From Patescibacteria group bacterium (GTDB lineage: Bacteria > Patescibacteriota > Microgenomatia > Daviesbacterales > UBA10151): a stretch of DNA of 52,008 bases. Below, piece by piece: positions 9,177 to 18,093 of this stretch; the stretch's first letter is position 1; each line of letters begins with the position of its first letter. The stretch is from assembly GCA_038064895.1 (NCBI GenBank), contig JBBTSA010000014.1, positions 9,962-61,969 of the forward strand. The letters are read 5' to 3'. The notes under the pieces are model-generated. The model was not told where the DNA came from, did no database searches, and was given only the letters and a program-made list of their open reading frames with translations. Both the position numbers and the translations under genes were made by a program.

Positions 9177-9977
9177 TTAGATACTCTTAGCTACCTCTAT
9201 CAGCTCATCCAATGAAAGTTTGGTTTTTTTAGCATCAGGTGCCGCACCCGAGCCGCAAATTACCATATGGTGGGACTGGTGCAGAAACCAGGAAGCATCT
9301 GAGTCTAAACTTTTAACCTTTTCATAGATTTCAGAGATATCTTTTTGGGGAGCAAAATACTGGACTGAAGAATGCTTTGGATCGACCATTAAATACAAAT
9401 CTCCGTCCTGCTCCCTACAAAATTCCCTATTTATAGTTTCTGAAGAAACTGCATATCCTTTGCCAAATTTAGATTCAAATTCAACTGCCTTTTCCCAGTC
9501 CAAAATAGATTGCTCTTTTCTTTTTAAAACTTCCAAAACCCTGTCCAGGATTTCTGCTCCTAACTCAACAGCTTTTTTAGAACTTTCATCTTTCCCATCC
9601 AAAGGCCTGATAAAAGACTGTATAGAAAACTCATCAAATTCGGCACTGGGTGCTTTCCCTGTATCCACAAGCTGATTCCATTCAACAAGTTTTTCCAGGG
9701 CTTTAACAGTTATTTCATCAGATGGAATTTTCCTATTTACTTTTAGCTCTTGATAAACTAAAGTTCCGGCACAAGTTTCCAGCCCTTCTTTATGCTCATC
9801 AAATTTGCCTCCCCCAGTACCTATATAAATCCTATCCTCAGTCTCATCAGCCACATTATGGGAAGCTGAGATAAATGCTAAAGAAGCATCAAAAAAATCA
9901 TGATTAAATTTTTTCAAAAGCCAGATTCCAAAAATATCATCCAAATGTGGGTTAATATGAGTTACCAGGGTTTTCAT
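9177..9977 (-). CDS. hypothetical protein (possibly MYG1/UPF0160-like metal-dependent hydrolase)
   Basis: 266 aa. THINPHLDD near the N-terminus and GTGGGKFDEHKE resemble the His/Asp motifs of that family. Weak, from memory. Confidence 0.35.
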   Translation of the reverse strand: MKTLVTHINPHLDDIFGIWLLKKFNHDFFDASLAFISASHNVADETEDRIYIGTGGGKFDEHKEGLETCAGTLVYQELKVNRKIPSDEITVKALEKLVEWNQLVDTGKAPSAEFDEFSIQSFIRPLDGKDESSKKAVELGAEILDRVLEVLKRKEQSILDWEKAVEFESKFGKGYAVSSETINREFCREQDGDLYLMVDPKHSSVQYFAPQKDISEIYEKVKSLDSDASWFLHQSHHMVICGSGAAPDAKKTKLSLDELIEVAKSI

Positions 9978-9994
9978 GATAAGATGAGTATATC

Positions 9995-10930
9995 ATGGCT
10001 ACCTTTAAAAAACTTCTATTTGGGCCTTTATTTCTACTTACCTTTACCTTCTTAATTTACCAGCTTAAGACTAACTTGGGTTCATATGAGGTAATTTTTT
10101 CTTTTTCCGCCGCCATTTTAGTCCGACTCCTTGTTTTATCGGGGCTAGTCTGTCTTTCCTCATTTTTATTTGTGCTTTTTGTAAGCTTTTCTTCTGATTG
10201 GAAAATAGTTTTGCCAGTTGCTGCTTTAGCCTCAATTTTACCCATAATTTTTATGAAAGATGCTTCCGGGCTTATTCTTGGAATAGGTCTTTTATTAATC
10301 TTACTTTTAACTTTCTTAACTTTGGAAAATACACTAAAAACTTACCTTAACTTTGAACCAGCTTCTATTTTTGGGCCATCAATTAGACATACGACAACGC
10401 TACTGCTGCTGGTTTTCTCCTTTACTTACTTTTTATCTATGAATAAAATCATTCAAACTCAAGGGTTTGCAATTCCTGATTCTTTAATTGATACTGCTTT
10501 GAAATTTACCCCGACTCAGTCGGGGTTTACAGACACTCCACAAATTGGGCAGGAAGAACAAACACAGACTACTCTTCCACAGATTAGCCAGGAACAGATT
10601 GATCTTTTGAAGCAAAATCCGGATCTTCTAAAACAATCCTGCCTGGATCCTGCTATTTTAGATACCTTAAATAAACCAACAACTAAAACAAATTCTCAAG
10701 ACTTAGTTAAAGAAGCTGTTAAAAGCCAATTGCAAAATTTTATTAAACCATATTTAGGTTTTATCCCAGCAATTATGGCCATACTTTTATTTATTACTCT
10801 TCAATCTTTAACGTCTTTTATAAATTTACTAATCTATCCTTTTCTTTGGATTATATTTTATATTCTGGAGAAATCTAAATTTGTTACTTTTACTACTGAA
10901 ATGAGGCCAGTTAAGAAAATGGTAATTTAA
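9995..10930 (+). CDS. integral membrane hypothetical protein
   Basis: 311 aa. Multiple TM helices separated by a polar Q/T-rich segment. Confidence 0.6.
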   Translation: MATFKKLLFGPLFLLTFTFLIYQLKTNLGSYEVIFSFSAAILVRLLVLSGLVCLSSFLFVLFVSFSSDWKIVLPVAALASILPIIFMKDASGLILGIGLLLILLLTFLTLENTLKTYLNFEPASIFGPSIRHTTTLLLLVFSFTYFLSMNKIIQTQGFAIPDSLIDTALKFTPTQSGFTDTPQIGQEEQTQTTLPQISQEQIDLLKQNPDLLKQSCLDPAILDTLNKPTTKTNSQDLVKEAVKSQLQNFIKPYLGFIPAIMAILLFITLQSLTSFINLLIYPFLWIIFYILEKSKFVTFTTEMRPVKKMVI

Positions 10931-13149
10931 ACTTTTAAAGGTTTCATTTCTCCCCAGTTTGGACCGATTTTAAGATCTACCACCACAGGCACAGAAAGTT
11001 TTAGTGCATTTTCCATTTTATCTTTAACCATCTTAGCTACTTCGCGAACGCTTCGTGGGGTGCATTCAAAGAGTAGTTCATCATGCACTTGAAGAATCAT
11101 GGAACAAGATTGCTTCGTCGCTGACGCTCCTCGCAATGACGAATCGATATCAACCATTGCCCGCTTTATCATGTCAGCAGCTGTTCCCTGCACCGGATGA
11201 TTTATAGCTGCTCTTTCTCCTGCAGCTTTTATCATCCTATTATCAGCTTTAAACTCCGGAATATATCTTCTTCTGCCCCACAAAGTTTCAACATACCCAT
11301 TTTCATATCCAAACTCCAAAGTTTTCTCCACCCATTCCCTGACTTTGGGAAATCCTTCAAAATATTCTGCAATATATTGGCGGGCTATCTCATATTCCAC
11401 ACCTAGCTGACGAGACAGCGCATGTGGACCTTGACCATAAAGTGTTGCAAAATTCATGGTTTTAGCTACATTTCTTTGTTCCTTTGTAACCTTATCTAAG
11501 GGAACTTTAAAAATCTTGGATGCAGTTGCAGCGTGAATATCTAAACCCTCTTCAAAAGCTTTTTGCAGATTCCTGTCCTTACAAAGATGAGCCATCACGC
11601 GAAGCTCAATTTGAGAATAATCTGCTGCCAAAAGCACTTTACCTTTTGGAGCCACAAAAGCTTTGCGAATTTCACCACCCATTTCCCCTTTAATGGGAAT
11701 ATTTTGCAAATTAGGGTTTTGGGAAGAGATTCTACCCGTGGCTGACCCTTCCACATTAAAAGTGGAGTGAATTCTGCCGTCCTCTCCCACAGATTTAGGC
11801 AAAGCATCAATGTAGGTAGAAACAAGCTTAAAAAGAGTCCTGTATTCCAAAAGTAAAGCAATCACAGGATGGGCAGAAGATAGCTCATGTAAAGTTTCCT
11901 CATCAGTTGATCTTCCTGTTTTGGTTTTTTTAAAAACAGGGAGTCTAAGCTCATCAAAAAGAACAACTTGTAGTTGTTTTGGGCTATTCAGATTAAACTG
12001 ATGGCCCACTTTTGAGTAAATTTCTTTTTCAAGTTTTTTTAGTCTACCTTTCAAATCTTTCCCAAGTTTGTTTAAAAATTTAAGATCTATAAGGACTCCT
12101 GTGGCGGACATTTTCTCAAGGATTGGCTGGACACTTTCGTCTAAACTAGCAGTTACGTCATTGCGAGGAGCCGAAGGCGACGTGGCAATCTCTTTTTTAG
12201 ATTGCTTCGCGGAGTTTACACTGAGCGAAGTCGAAGTGCTCGCAATGACATGGGAAGGAGTAACTCCTGGAACCCTAGGAATCAGACTCTTAAACTCCAG
12301 CTCCTCAAACAGTTTCCTCACCTTACCAATATCGAAATCATGAACCACACATTTTTTAAGATCTAATTTAATTGGAGCTTTTAAATCTAAAGTAGCCAAT
12401 TTTTTACTCATCACAGCATCCTCAGCTCCCTCAGCCAGAAGTTTTTGCATCCGCTCAGGCAAAGTTTTTAAATTTTTAGGCAAATAAATTTTTTCAATTG
12501 TGCCAAATTGATGAATTAATTTGGTGGCTGAAACATCTCCTATTCCGGCTACCCCCGGAATATTATCTGAAGCATCCCCTGCCAGGGCTTTATAATCCAC
12601 CAGCAAAACTGGAGAAAATCCATATTTGGCTGCAAATTCCTCTTCTCCATAAAGACCAACATCGGATAAAGTTTTCTTAGGCATTAAAACTTTCACTTTG
12701 CCATTGATAAGCTGCATAATATCTCTATCCCCTGTTACTGCAATAACCTCCAAATCCTTTTGTTCTTGAGCTTGATGAGCCAAAGTTGCTATCAGATCAT
12801 CTGCTTCATATCCTGCAACACTAAATTCAGGGATATTAAATGCTTTTGCTACCTCATGTACCCTTTTGTATTGCTGGCCCAGAGCCTGATCCATCTCTGC
12901 TCTTGTTGCTTTATACTGGGTGTAAGCTTGATGCCTAAAAGTGGGGCCTTTCTCATCCCAACAAACAGCCCAAAACATAGGCTTAAGCTCATTTAAAACC
13001 TTTAAGATCATTGAGGAAAAGCCGTAAACAGCATTCACAAGTTCACCTTTTGAGGTTGTAAAAGGAGGAGTGGCATGATAAGCCCTGTGCAAAAGTGCAT
13101 TTCCATCAACCAAAACCAGTCTTCTTGTCCTTGGCGGCGAAGGATTCAT
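10927..13149 (-). CDS. polA: DNA polymerase I (5'-nuclease + polymerase domains, no 3'-5' exonuclease domain)
   Basis: N-terminal 5'-nuclease motifs (LVDGNALLHRAYHA, GDASDNIPGV). Polymerase motifs (DYSQIELR, RNVAKTMNFATLYG, QVHDE). I prefer the ATG at 13149 over the TTG at 13155. Contains three repeat-element units. Confidence 0.9.
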   Translation of the reverse strand: MNPSPPRTRRLVLVDGNALLHRAYHATPPFTTSKGELVNAVYGFSSMILKVLNELKPMFWAVCWDEKGPTFRHQAYTQYKATRAEMDQALGQQYKRVHEVAKAFNIPEFSVAGYEADDLIATLAHQAQEQKDLEVIAVTGDRDIMQLINGKVKVLMPKKTLSDVGLYGEEEFAAKYGFSPVLLVDYKALAGDASDNIPGVAGIGDVSATKLIHQFGTIEKIYLPKNLKTLPERMQKLLAEGAEDAVMSKKLATLDLKAPIKLDLKKCVVHDFDIGKVRKLFEELEFKSLIPRVPGVTPSHVIASTSTSLSVNSAKQSKKEIATSPSAPRNDVTASLDESVQPILEKMSATGVLIDLKFLNKLGKDLKGRLKKLEKEIYSKVGHQFNLNSPKQLQVVLFDELRLPVFKKTKTGRSTDEETLHELSSAHPVIALLLEYRTLFKLVSTYIDALPKSVGEDGRIHSTFNVEGSATGRISSQNPNLQNIPIKGEMGGEIRKAFVAPKGKVLLAADYSQIELRVMAHLCKDRNLQKAFEEGLDIHAATASKIFKVPLDKVTKEQRNVAKTMNFATLYGQGPHALSRQLGVEYEIARQYIAEYFEGFPKVREWVEKTLEFGYENGYVETLWGRRRYIPEFKADNRMIKAAGERAAINHPVQGTAADMIKRAMVDIDSSLRGASATKQSCSMILQVHDELLFECTPRSVREVAKMVKDKMENALKLSVPVVVDLKIGPNWGEMKPLKV
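11107..11140. repeat. GC-rich mini-element, family A, in frame in polA (palm region)
   Basis: agattgcttcgtcgctgacgctcctcgcaatgac, read on the coding strand as SLRGASATKQS just upstream of QVHDE. Confidence 0.75.
12157..12249. repeat. two family-A mini-elements in inverted orientation, in frame in polA (inter-domain linker)
   Basis: gtcattgcgaggagccgaaggcgacgtggcaatct ... agattgcttcgcgg..gtgctcgcaatgac. 93 nt = 31 codons (VIASTSTSLSVNSAKQSKKEIATSPSAPRND). Confidence 0.85.
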
Positions 13150-13164
13150 GGGCAAATTGTAGCA

Positions 13165-14166
13165 TTAAAATAGGGTTTTAGCATATTCTAAATACTCTGG
13201 GTGGCCATTTTGGGCCATAAAATACCACCACTCTACCCCCCAAAGATAAACTTCATCAAAACCTGTTTTTTTAGCATAATTTATATAACCTTTTAATTTA
13301 CTGACAGGGAAATGCTTTTCCTGCTTCTTTGGATTTTTATCCAAATCAGAAGTTCCTATCCAAGGTTCTGCCTGAAGTTCAACTATAATTGTTCTTTGAT
13401 TTTTTGGGGCAAAAATATTTTTTATAACCTGAGACTTTACATTATAAAGATATGGCAAAATTGGATAGGTTAAATAACCCATTATGGAATTGTAAACATC
13501 TCTGTATATAGTTGTCCCAAATACATCTGAAAACTGCATTGGTATAATCCAATTCCCAAGCTCTCCTGAATCTGAAATTATAATATATTTATCAGATAAG
13601 CCTCTTACTAAATCTACTTCCTGCTTTAAAGATTCTTCATCTCCCTTATCACAATCCTCTCCAAAAAATGGCAGGAATAGCTCATTCTCAACCTGATATG
13701 CCCAAATGGAATCCCTATTTTCATACCTTTCAATTGTAGCTTTGATAAAATTTAGAATTTTTGCCCTTTTTTCTTCCAAACTTAACCCCCTGGTCCAAGA
13801 AGGAAGATAACACTCCGGCCACCTGGGCTGCCTAAAACCAACCACCAAAATTACCTTACCTTGTCTCTTTTCTATTTCATCAAGCATAAAATCAACATCA
13901 TCAAAATTAAACTCGCCTTCTTCCTTTTCCAACTCACTCCAATAAGTAGGTATCCTAAAATTTCTAACCTTGAGCTCATTCAGACTCTTTATAAATGTCT
14001 GTCTCCAATCTAAATCAAGATACTTAGCATATTGAGGAGAAAAGGTAACTCCATAGTTCAAATTCTTAGGAAACTGATAAACAGTATCAAAAATAACCTG
14101 ACCAAAAAAAACCAAAACAATTACCGCTATAAAAGTTAAGCCTATTTTTATTACAAGCCTTACCAT
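13165..14166 (-). CDS. membrane-anchored putative glycoside hydrolase (TIM-barrel, GH5/GH42-like)
   Basis: N-terminal TM. WAYQVENELF (NE acid/base-type motif). I prefer the start at Met15 (14166), because the longer ORF overlaps the divergent GT4 gene. Confidence 0.45.
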   Translation of the reverse strand: MVRLVIKIGLTFIAVIVLVFFGQVIFDTVYQFPKNLNYGVTFSPQYAKYLDLDWRQTFIKSLNELKVRNFRIPTYWSELEKEEGEFNFDDVDFMLDEIEKRQGKVILVVGFRQPRWPECYLPSWTRGLSLEEKRAKILNFIKATIERYENRDSIWAYQVENELFLPFFGEDCDKGDEESLKQEVDLVRGLSDKYIIISDSGELGNWIIPMQFSDVFGTTIYRDVYNSIMGYLTYPILPYLYNVKSQVIKNIFAPKNQRTIIVELQAEPWIGTSDLDKNPKKQEKHFPVSKLKGYINYAKKTGFDEVYLWGVEWWYFMAQNGHPEYLEYAKTLF

Positions 14167-14195
14167 ATAATCAATGTACCATATATAATACCCGT

Positions 14196-15401
14196 ATGAG
14201 GATCGCATATTTTACAGACACTTTCCTGCCACAGGTTAATGGAATTGCCACTTCCCTTGCAAATCAGGCCAAATATTTGGGAGATCATGGTCATAAAGTT
14301 TTAATTTTTACCCCTAAGCTTGACGATATACCAAGGAAAAAATTTCAAGCCAAAAATGTTAAAGTTGTAAACTTACCTGCAGTTCCTTCTTTAATTTATA
14401 CAGAATTTAAATTTGGGGTGTTTGGCTTGCCTCAAGTTATAAAACACTTAACCGAATTTAAACCTGATATTATTCATCTTCACTCAAATTTTACTGTAGC
14501 CATGGATGCTTTAATGGCAAAAAAAATCTTTAAAAAACCCCTGGTTGGAACCATACATGTTTATTTTGCTGAAAATGATTATCTTAAATTTATAAAATTC
14601 AGGCTGGCAGTTAAGATTTTGGGTAAATTTGCAAAGCGCTATCTGGACTTTTTATACAACCAGTGCGATCTCCTTTTAACCCCTTCCAAAATACTGATTG
14701 AGGAGCTAAGAAATAAAGGGTATAAAAAAGAAGTTTATTATCAGCCTAATGGGATAGATTTAAACCATCCAAAATTCTTATCTGCAAAACAAAAAGATGA
14801 TCTTAAGAAAAGGTATGGACTTAAAGAAAAAGTCATTTTGCATTTTGGCAGACTCTCTTATGAAAAAAGTATTGATGTTTTAATAAAAGCTTTTGATCCT
14901 TTAATTCACCATCAAAATGTCAGCCTTCTGATAATTGGCCATGGGCCTGCTACTAAAAGTCTTATCAGGCTTACAAAAAAATTAGGTCTTGAGAAATCTG
15001 TGGTGTTTACAGGATTTATTGATCATCAGGCACTTATCTCTTCAGGGCTTTTATCGATAGGTGACTTGTTTGCAACAGCCTCACCAATGGAGGTTAGCCC
15101 CATGGTTGTACTTGAGGCAATGGCTTTTGGACTGCCAATTGTGGGAGTTGAGGCAGCAGGAATGGTTGAGCTTGTATCTGATAATGGCTACCTTGTTAAA
15201 AAAGGCAGTATTCGGGAGTTAACAGAAAAAATGGAGAAGATTTTATTTGATAAAGCAATTGCCTCACAAATGAGCAAAAATTCCCTTAATGCTGTGAAGG
15301 AATATTCTATTGCCAAAACTACTTCCCATCTGCTTAAGTTATATCAAAGTCTTTTAAAACACTCTTCGGCCCTTTCGGATAATATAACTCTTTCCGTCTG
15401 A
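14196..15401 (+). CDS. glycosyltransferase family 4
   Basis: 401 aa. MRIAYFTDTFLPQVNGIATS N-terminus and EVSPMVVLEAMAFGLPIVG C-terminal motif. Confidence 0.85.
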   Translation: MRIAYFTDTFLPQVNGIATSLANQAKYLGDHGHKVLIFTPKLDDIPRKKFQAKNVKVVNLPAVPSLIYTEFKFGVFGLPQVIKHLTEFKPDIIHLHSNFTVAMDALMAKKIFKKPLVGTIHVYFAENDYLKFIKFRLAVKILGKFAKRYLDFLYNQCDLLLTPSKILIEELRNKGYKKEVYYQPNGIDLNHPKFLSAKQKDDLKKRYGLKEKVILHFGRLSYEKSIDVLIKAFDPLIHHQNVSLLIIGHGPATKSLIRLTKKLGLEKSVVFTGFIDHQALISSGLLSIGDLFATASPMEVSPMVVLEAMAFGLPIVGVEAAGMVELVSDNGYLVKKGSIRELTEKMEKILFDKAIASQMSKNSLNAVKEYSIAKTTSHLLKLYQSLLKHSSALSDNITLSV

Positions 15402-15943
15402 TTTAAATCTGAAGATGAAGTAGCTTCTTTGGCTAAGAAATCACACCCTTTTAGTCTCGGAGCTTCTATTATATCAGAGTACTTTAAAATTCTATGCACA
15501 GTCGTTCTAACTGACATTTTTGCACGTTTTTCATTCATCCTTCCATATATATTTTCCAAAACATTAAGGTGTGTAGAAATTGTATAGTTTAAAAGTAGTG
15601 TTAACCACTCTTCTCTTGGTCTGTACTTTAAAACAGTATTCATATGGAACCAGTACCTCTCCATTGTAGGTTCTACTAAATCCCAATCTTTTATTTGAAG
15701 TAAAGTTTTCACTTCTCGCAGCCTTCTTGTTGCAAATTCTAATTGTCGCACCATCTTAACTCTTGGTGTTTGGGCAAAATGCATTTCCAAATTTTCCCTA
15801 ACAGTCTTTAAAAAGTATAAGGGGTGTGAAGGATGTATTTGAGACTGACCAATATCAGAAGTTTGAGCTAAAGCTATATTACATGCACTAAAAAAAATTC
15901 CAGCATAAACAGCTGAAATAGCTAAGATAATTGTAATTCGCAT
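15344..15943 (-). CDS. DUF5667-like secreted protein
   Basis: 199 aa. Signal peptide, then HPSHPLYFLKTVRENLEM..FA..RL.E helical pattern typical of DUF5667 as I remember it. Confidence 0.5.
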   Translation of the reverse strand: MRITIILAISAVYAGIFFSACNIALAQTSDIGQSQIHPSHPLYFLKTVRENLEMHFAQTPRVKMVRQLEFATRRLREVKTLLQIKDWDLVEPTMERYWFHMNTVLKYRPREEWLTLLLNYTISTHLNVLENIYGRMNEKRAKMSVRTTVHRILKYSDIIEAPRLKGCDFLAKEATSSSDLNQTERVILSERAEECFKRL

Positions 15944-16026
15944 AGGTATTAGTTTGATCTTATAATGGCCGTATATAGTTTGGCAAGATCTAAGGATCTC
16001 TGAACTTGTTGAAGAAATAATTTCAA

Positions 16027-16057
16027 CTTTTCTTTTTCCCTACAATTTTTCAAACTC
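16027..16057. repeat. direct repeat, distal copy of the ftsH 3' end
   Basis: cttttctttttccctacaatttttcaaactc. 15-nt exact core ttccctacaattttt (16036-16050) is identical to 18105-18119. Coding sense is EFEKL*GKRK versus the ftsH tail [10 protein letters not shown]. Confidence 0.6.
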
Positions 16058-16426
16058 TCTATTTAACTTAGCATCAAAGGTTTTAAATTCTTTTATTCCT
16101 CTTATTTTGGCAAATACCAGATTATAACAATCTTCAAAACTTAAAGCGGTCTTTTGAAAAATATTTAAACTTTCTATAAGCAGCTTGCGCTCTGCTAATT
16201 CAAAATCCAATTTCAATATCTTGTATAAAGAATCAGCTAAGGCCTGTCTGTCTTTTCCATAGCTTGAACGCAAAACCCACACAATTTCAAAAAATACCAC
16301 TAGTGATGTTGTTAATCTAATTTTTTTCTGAGCGGCTTCCTCAAAAAGTTTTTTGGCAATAAGATATTGTTGATCGTTATCTTTCAGTAGGAATCGTACA
16401 AAAAAATTGGTGTCTACAAAAATCAT
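16040..16426 (-). CDS. vapC: PIN-domain toxin (VapC-like)
   Basis: 128 aa. MIFVDTNFFVRFL N-terminus with the acidic PIN residue. 4-nt overlap with the upstream antitoxin gene. Confidence 0.8.
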   Translation of the reverse strand: MIFVDTNFFVRFLLKDNDQQYLIAKKLFEEAAQKKIRLTTSLVVFFEIVWVLRSSYGKDRQALADSLYKILKLDFELAERKLLIESLNIFQKTALSFEDCYNLVFAKIRGIKEFKTFDAKLNREFEKL

Positions 16427-16683
16427 TTTGACTGATATTTTTTGGAGAAATACTCATTCCTGGCCTCTTCAATAATCTCATCTATGTCTTTCCCTCTCCA
16501 CTTTTTAGGCATGGGGACAGAACCGGCCAATTCTTCCACTAATCTTTCAGCCGAGGTAATCTTCAAAGACCCATTTTCCTCGGAAACTATCACCCTCTCT
16601 CCTATTCTAAAGCCTGCTTTTCTAAAAAGCTCGGCAGGTAAAGTCAGCTGTTTCTTACTGGTAATTGTTGCCATTTGTGACAT
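16423..16683 (-). CDS. vapB: AbrB/SpoVT-type antitoxin (VapB-like)
   Basis: MSQMATITSKKQLTLPAELFRKAGFRIGERVIV is an AbrB-like looped-hinge-helix motif. I chose the start at internal Met16; the track ORF extends to 16728. Confidence 0.75.
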   Translation of the reverse strand: MSQMATITSKKQLTLPAELFRKAGFRIGERVIVSEENGSLKITSAERLVEELAGSVPMPKKWRGKDIDEIIEEARNEYFSKKYQSK

Positions 16684-16749
16684 AGTAAGGATACTATACC
16701 ATTTGCAAGGATAATTTGTCAAATACAAGGAATTTCACCGCAAAATCCG

Positions 16750-18093
16750 CTAAACAGTGAGTTTTGGAAAGAACGTTTTTAGGTTTCCTGTTGATTGTAA
16801 AACTAACAAACCTTTCATTTGGAGCTCACGAGTAACTTTACTAATTGATGTATTGCTCAAACGTCGCCCATAATTTTGTTCCAGCCATATTCTTATTTCC
16901 TTATTTGTAATACCTTGAGGGTGGGAAGTAATAATTGAGAGGATCTGATCATCAGCTTCTGATCTGGATAATTTGTTCGCGCCGCTTGAAGCTTCTTCCG
17001 CTCTTGCCATAAGCTGTGAAACAGCATTAGGATCTGAAAGTATTTGGTACAGATACCTTCTCCCCTGCTCAAGTATCTCTGGATCCTGATTTTGAAATCT
17101 ATCTATTATTTCAACCAGTTCAGCCAGTATTACCCACTGCTCATCAGAAAGATTAATTTCCGATTGTGAATCCCACTTAAATTGCTTAACATCCGCATAA
17201 CCTGTTTTGACAAGGTGAGAAAGGATGTTCGAAATATTGCTTAAGAAACCCACTCCAGCTACTCTTTCTTTCTGCTCATCGGGTAGAAATTTAAAAACAT
17301 CCTCTCTTGTCAAATATTCATTTGGGTATTCTCTTAGAATAGAAAAAACGGCTCGAGTTAGACCTGGGTAGTATTGATATTTTGGAGGCTCTTCTTCCGG
17401 GGGCTTATTAGAAAGCTTATGGTAAACGAAGGGTTGATTTACCTCTCGAGCTTGATATTGGATCATACCATGTCTGGAAAGCATGCTAAGGTGCGGCTCT
17501 AGCAAACTACCACCCTGTGTAAGTGCTTCTGCAAGATCTCCCAATCTCATGGGAAGTTTTGGAGCTGTTACAAGTTCATAAAATATTTTAAGCCTGGTCA
17601 TAGGGGATCGTTTCTTAAATACTGCTTCCTCGCCTTCTACTGTTCGTATTACTTGTCCTTGAGAGTAAGAAGAAACTGTGTGGCCAAAATACTCCACCAG
17701 AGCTGAAGCATGGCTTTGGGAGAAATTAAGAAGAAGACCTACCAGAGACAGTACCCTCCTGCCATAATTGGAAATTTGATAGCCGTAAACTGATAAATCA
17801 GGATTGACTATCTCCCTTGTGACCAAGCCAATGGTTGAAAGTGACTGTTCGCAATACGTAAACGGACCATTCCTATTTATCCTCCAGCTTGGTTTTTCTC
17901 CTTGGGCGCCAATGACACTTCTATGAAGATCACCTCTGGTATAGATTCTGCCGTCTCCCATTAGACCAAGAGTTATGGCTTTGGCCTCGCTATTACCAAA
18001 AGCGGACAAAAGATTTCCCATTTCCTCATCTGATAATCTTTCCGATCTAGGTTGAGGCTCTTTGTGGTTTTGAATTTCAACTACTTCCGGCAT
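16750..18093 (-). CDS. hypothetical protein with several winged-helix-like segments
   Basis: 447 aa. Its start overlaps the ftsH 3' end by 17 nt. C-terminal ITNKEIRIWLEQNYGRRLSNTSISKVTRELQMKGLLV looks like a MarR/ArsR-type wHTH, and 2-3 similar segments lie upstream. No catalytic motif recognised. Confidence 0.6.
   Translation of the reverse strand: MPEVVEIQNHKEPQPRSERLSDEEMGNLLSAFGNSEAKAITLGLMGDGRIYTRGDLHRSVIGAQGEKPSWRINRNGPFTYCEQSLSTIGLVTREIVNPDLSVYGYQISNYGRRVLSLVGLLLNFSQSHASALVEYFGHTVSSYSQGQVIRTVEGEEAVFKKRSPMTRLKIFYELVTAPKLPMRLGDLAEALTQGGSLLEPHLSMLSRHGMIQYQAREVNQPFVYHKLSNKPPEEEPPKYQYYPGLTRAVFSILREYPNEYLTREDVFKFLPDEQKERVAGVGFLSNISNILSHLVKTGYADVKQFKWDSQSEINLSDEQWVILAELVEIIDRFQNQDPEILEQGRRYLYQILSDPNAVSQLMARAEEASSGANKLSRSEADDQILSIITSHPQGITNKEIRIWLEQNYGRRLSNTSISKVTRELQMKGLLVLQSTGNLKTFFPKLTV

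Noticed and set aside
15985-16036. Hairpin GTTGAA-N8-TTCAAC followed by a T-run, considered as a rho-independent terminator.
   Set aside because: The T-run is on the + strand, where no gene ends nearby. It overlaps the duplicated ftsH-tail region, so its function is unclear and I did not annotate it.
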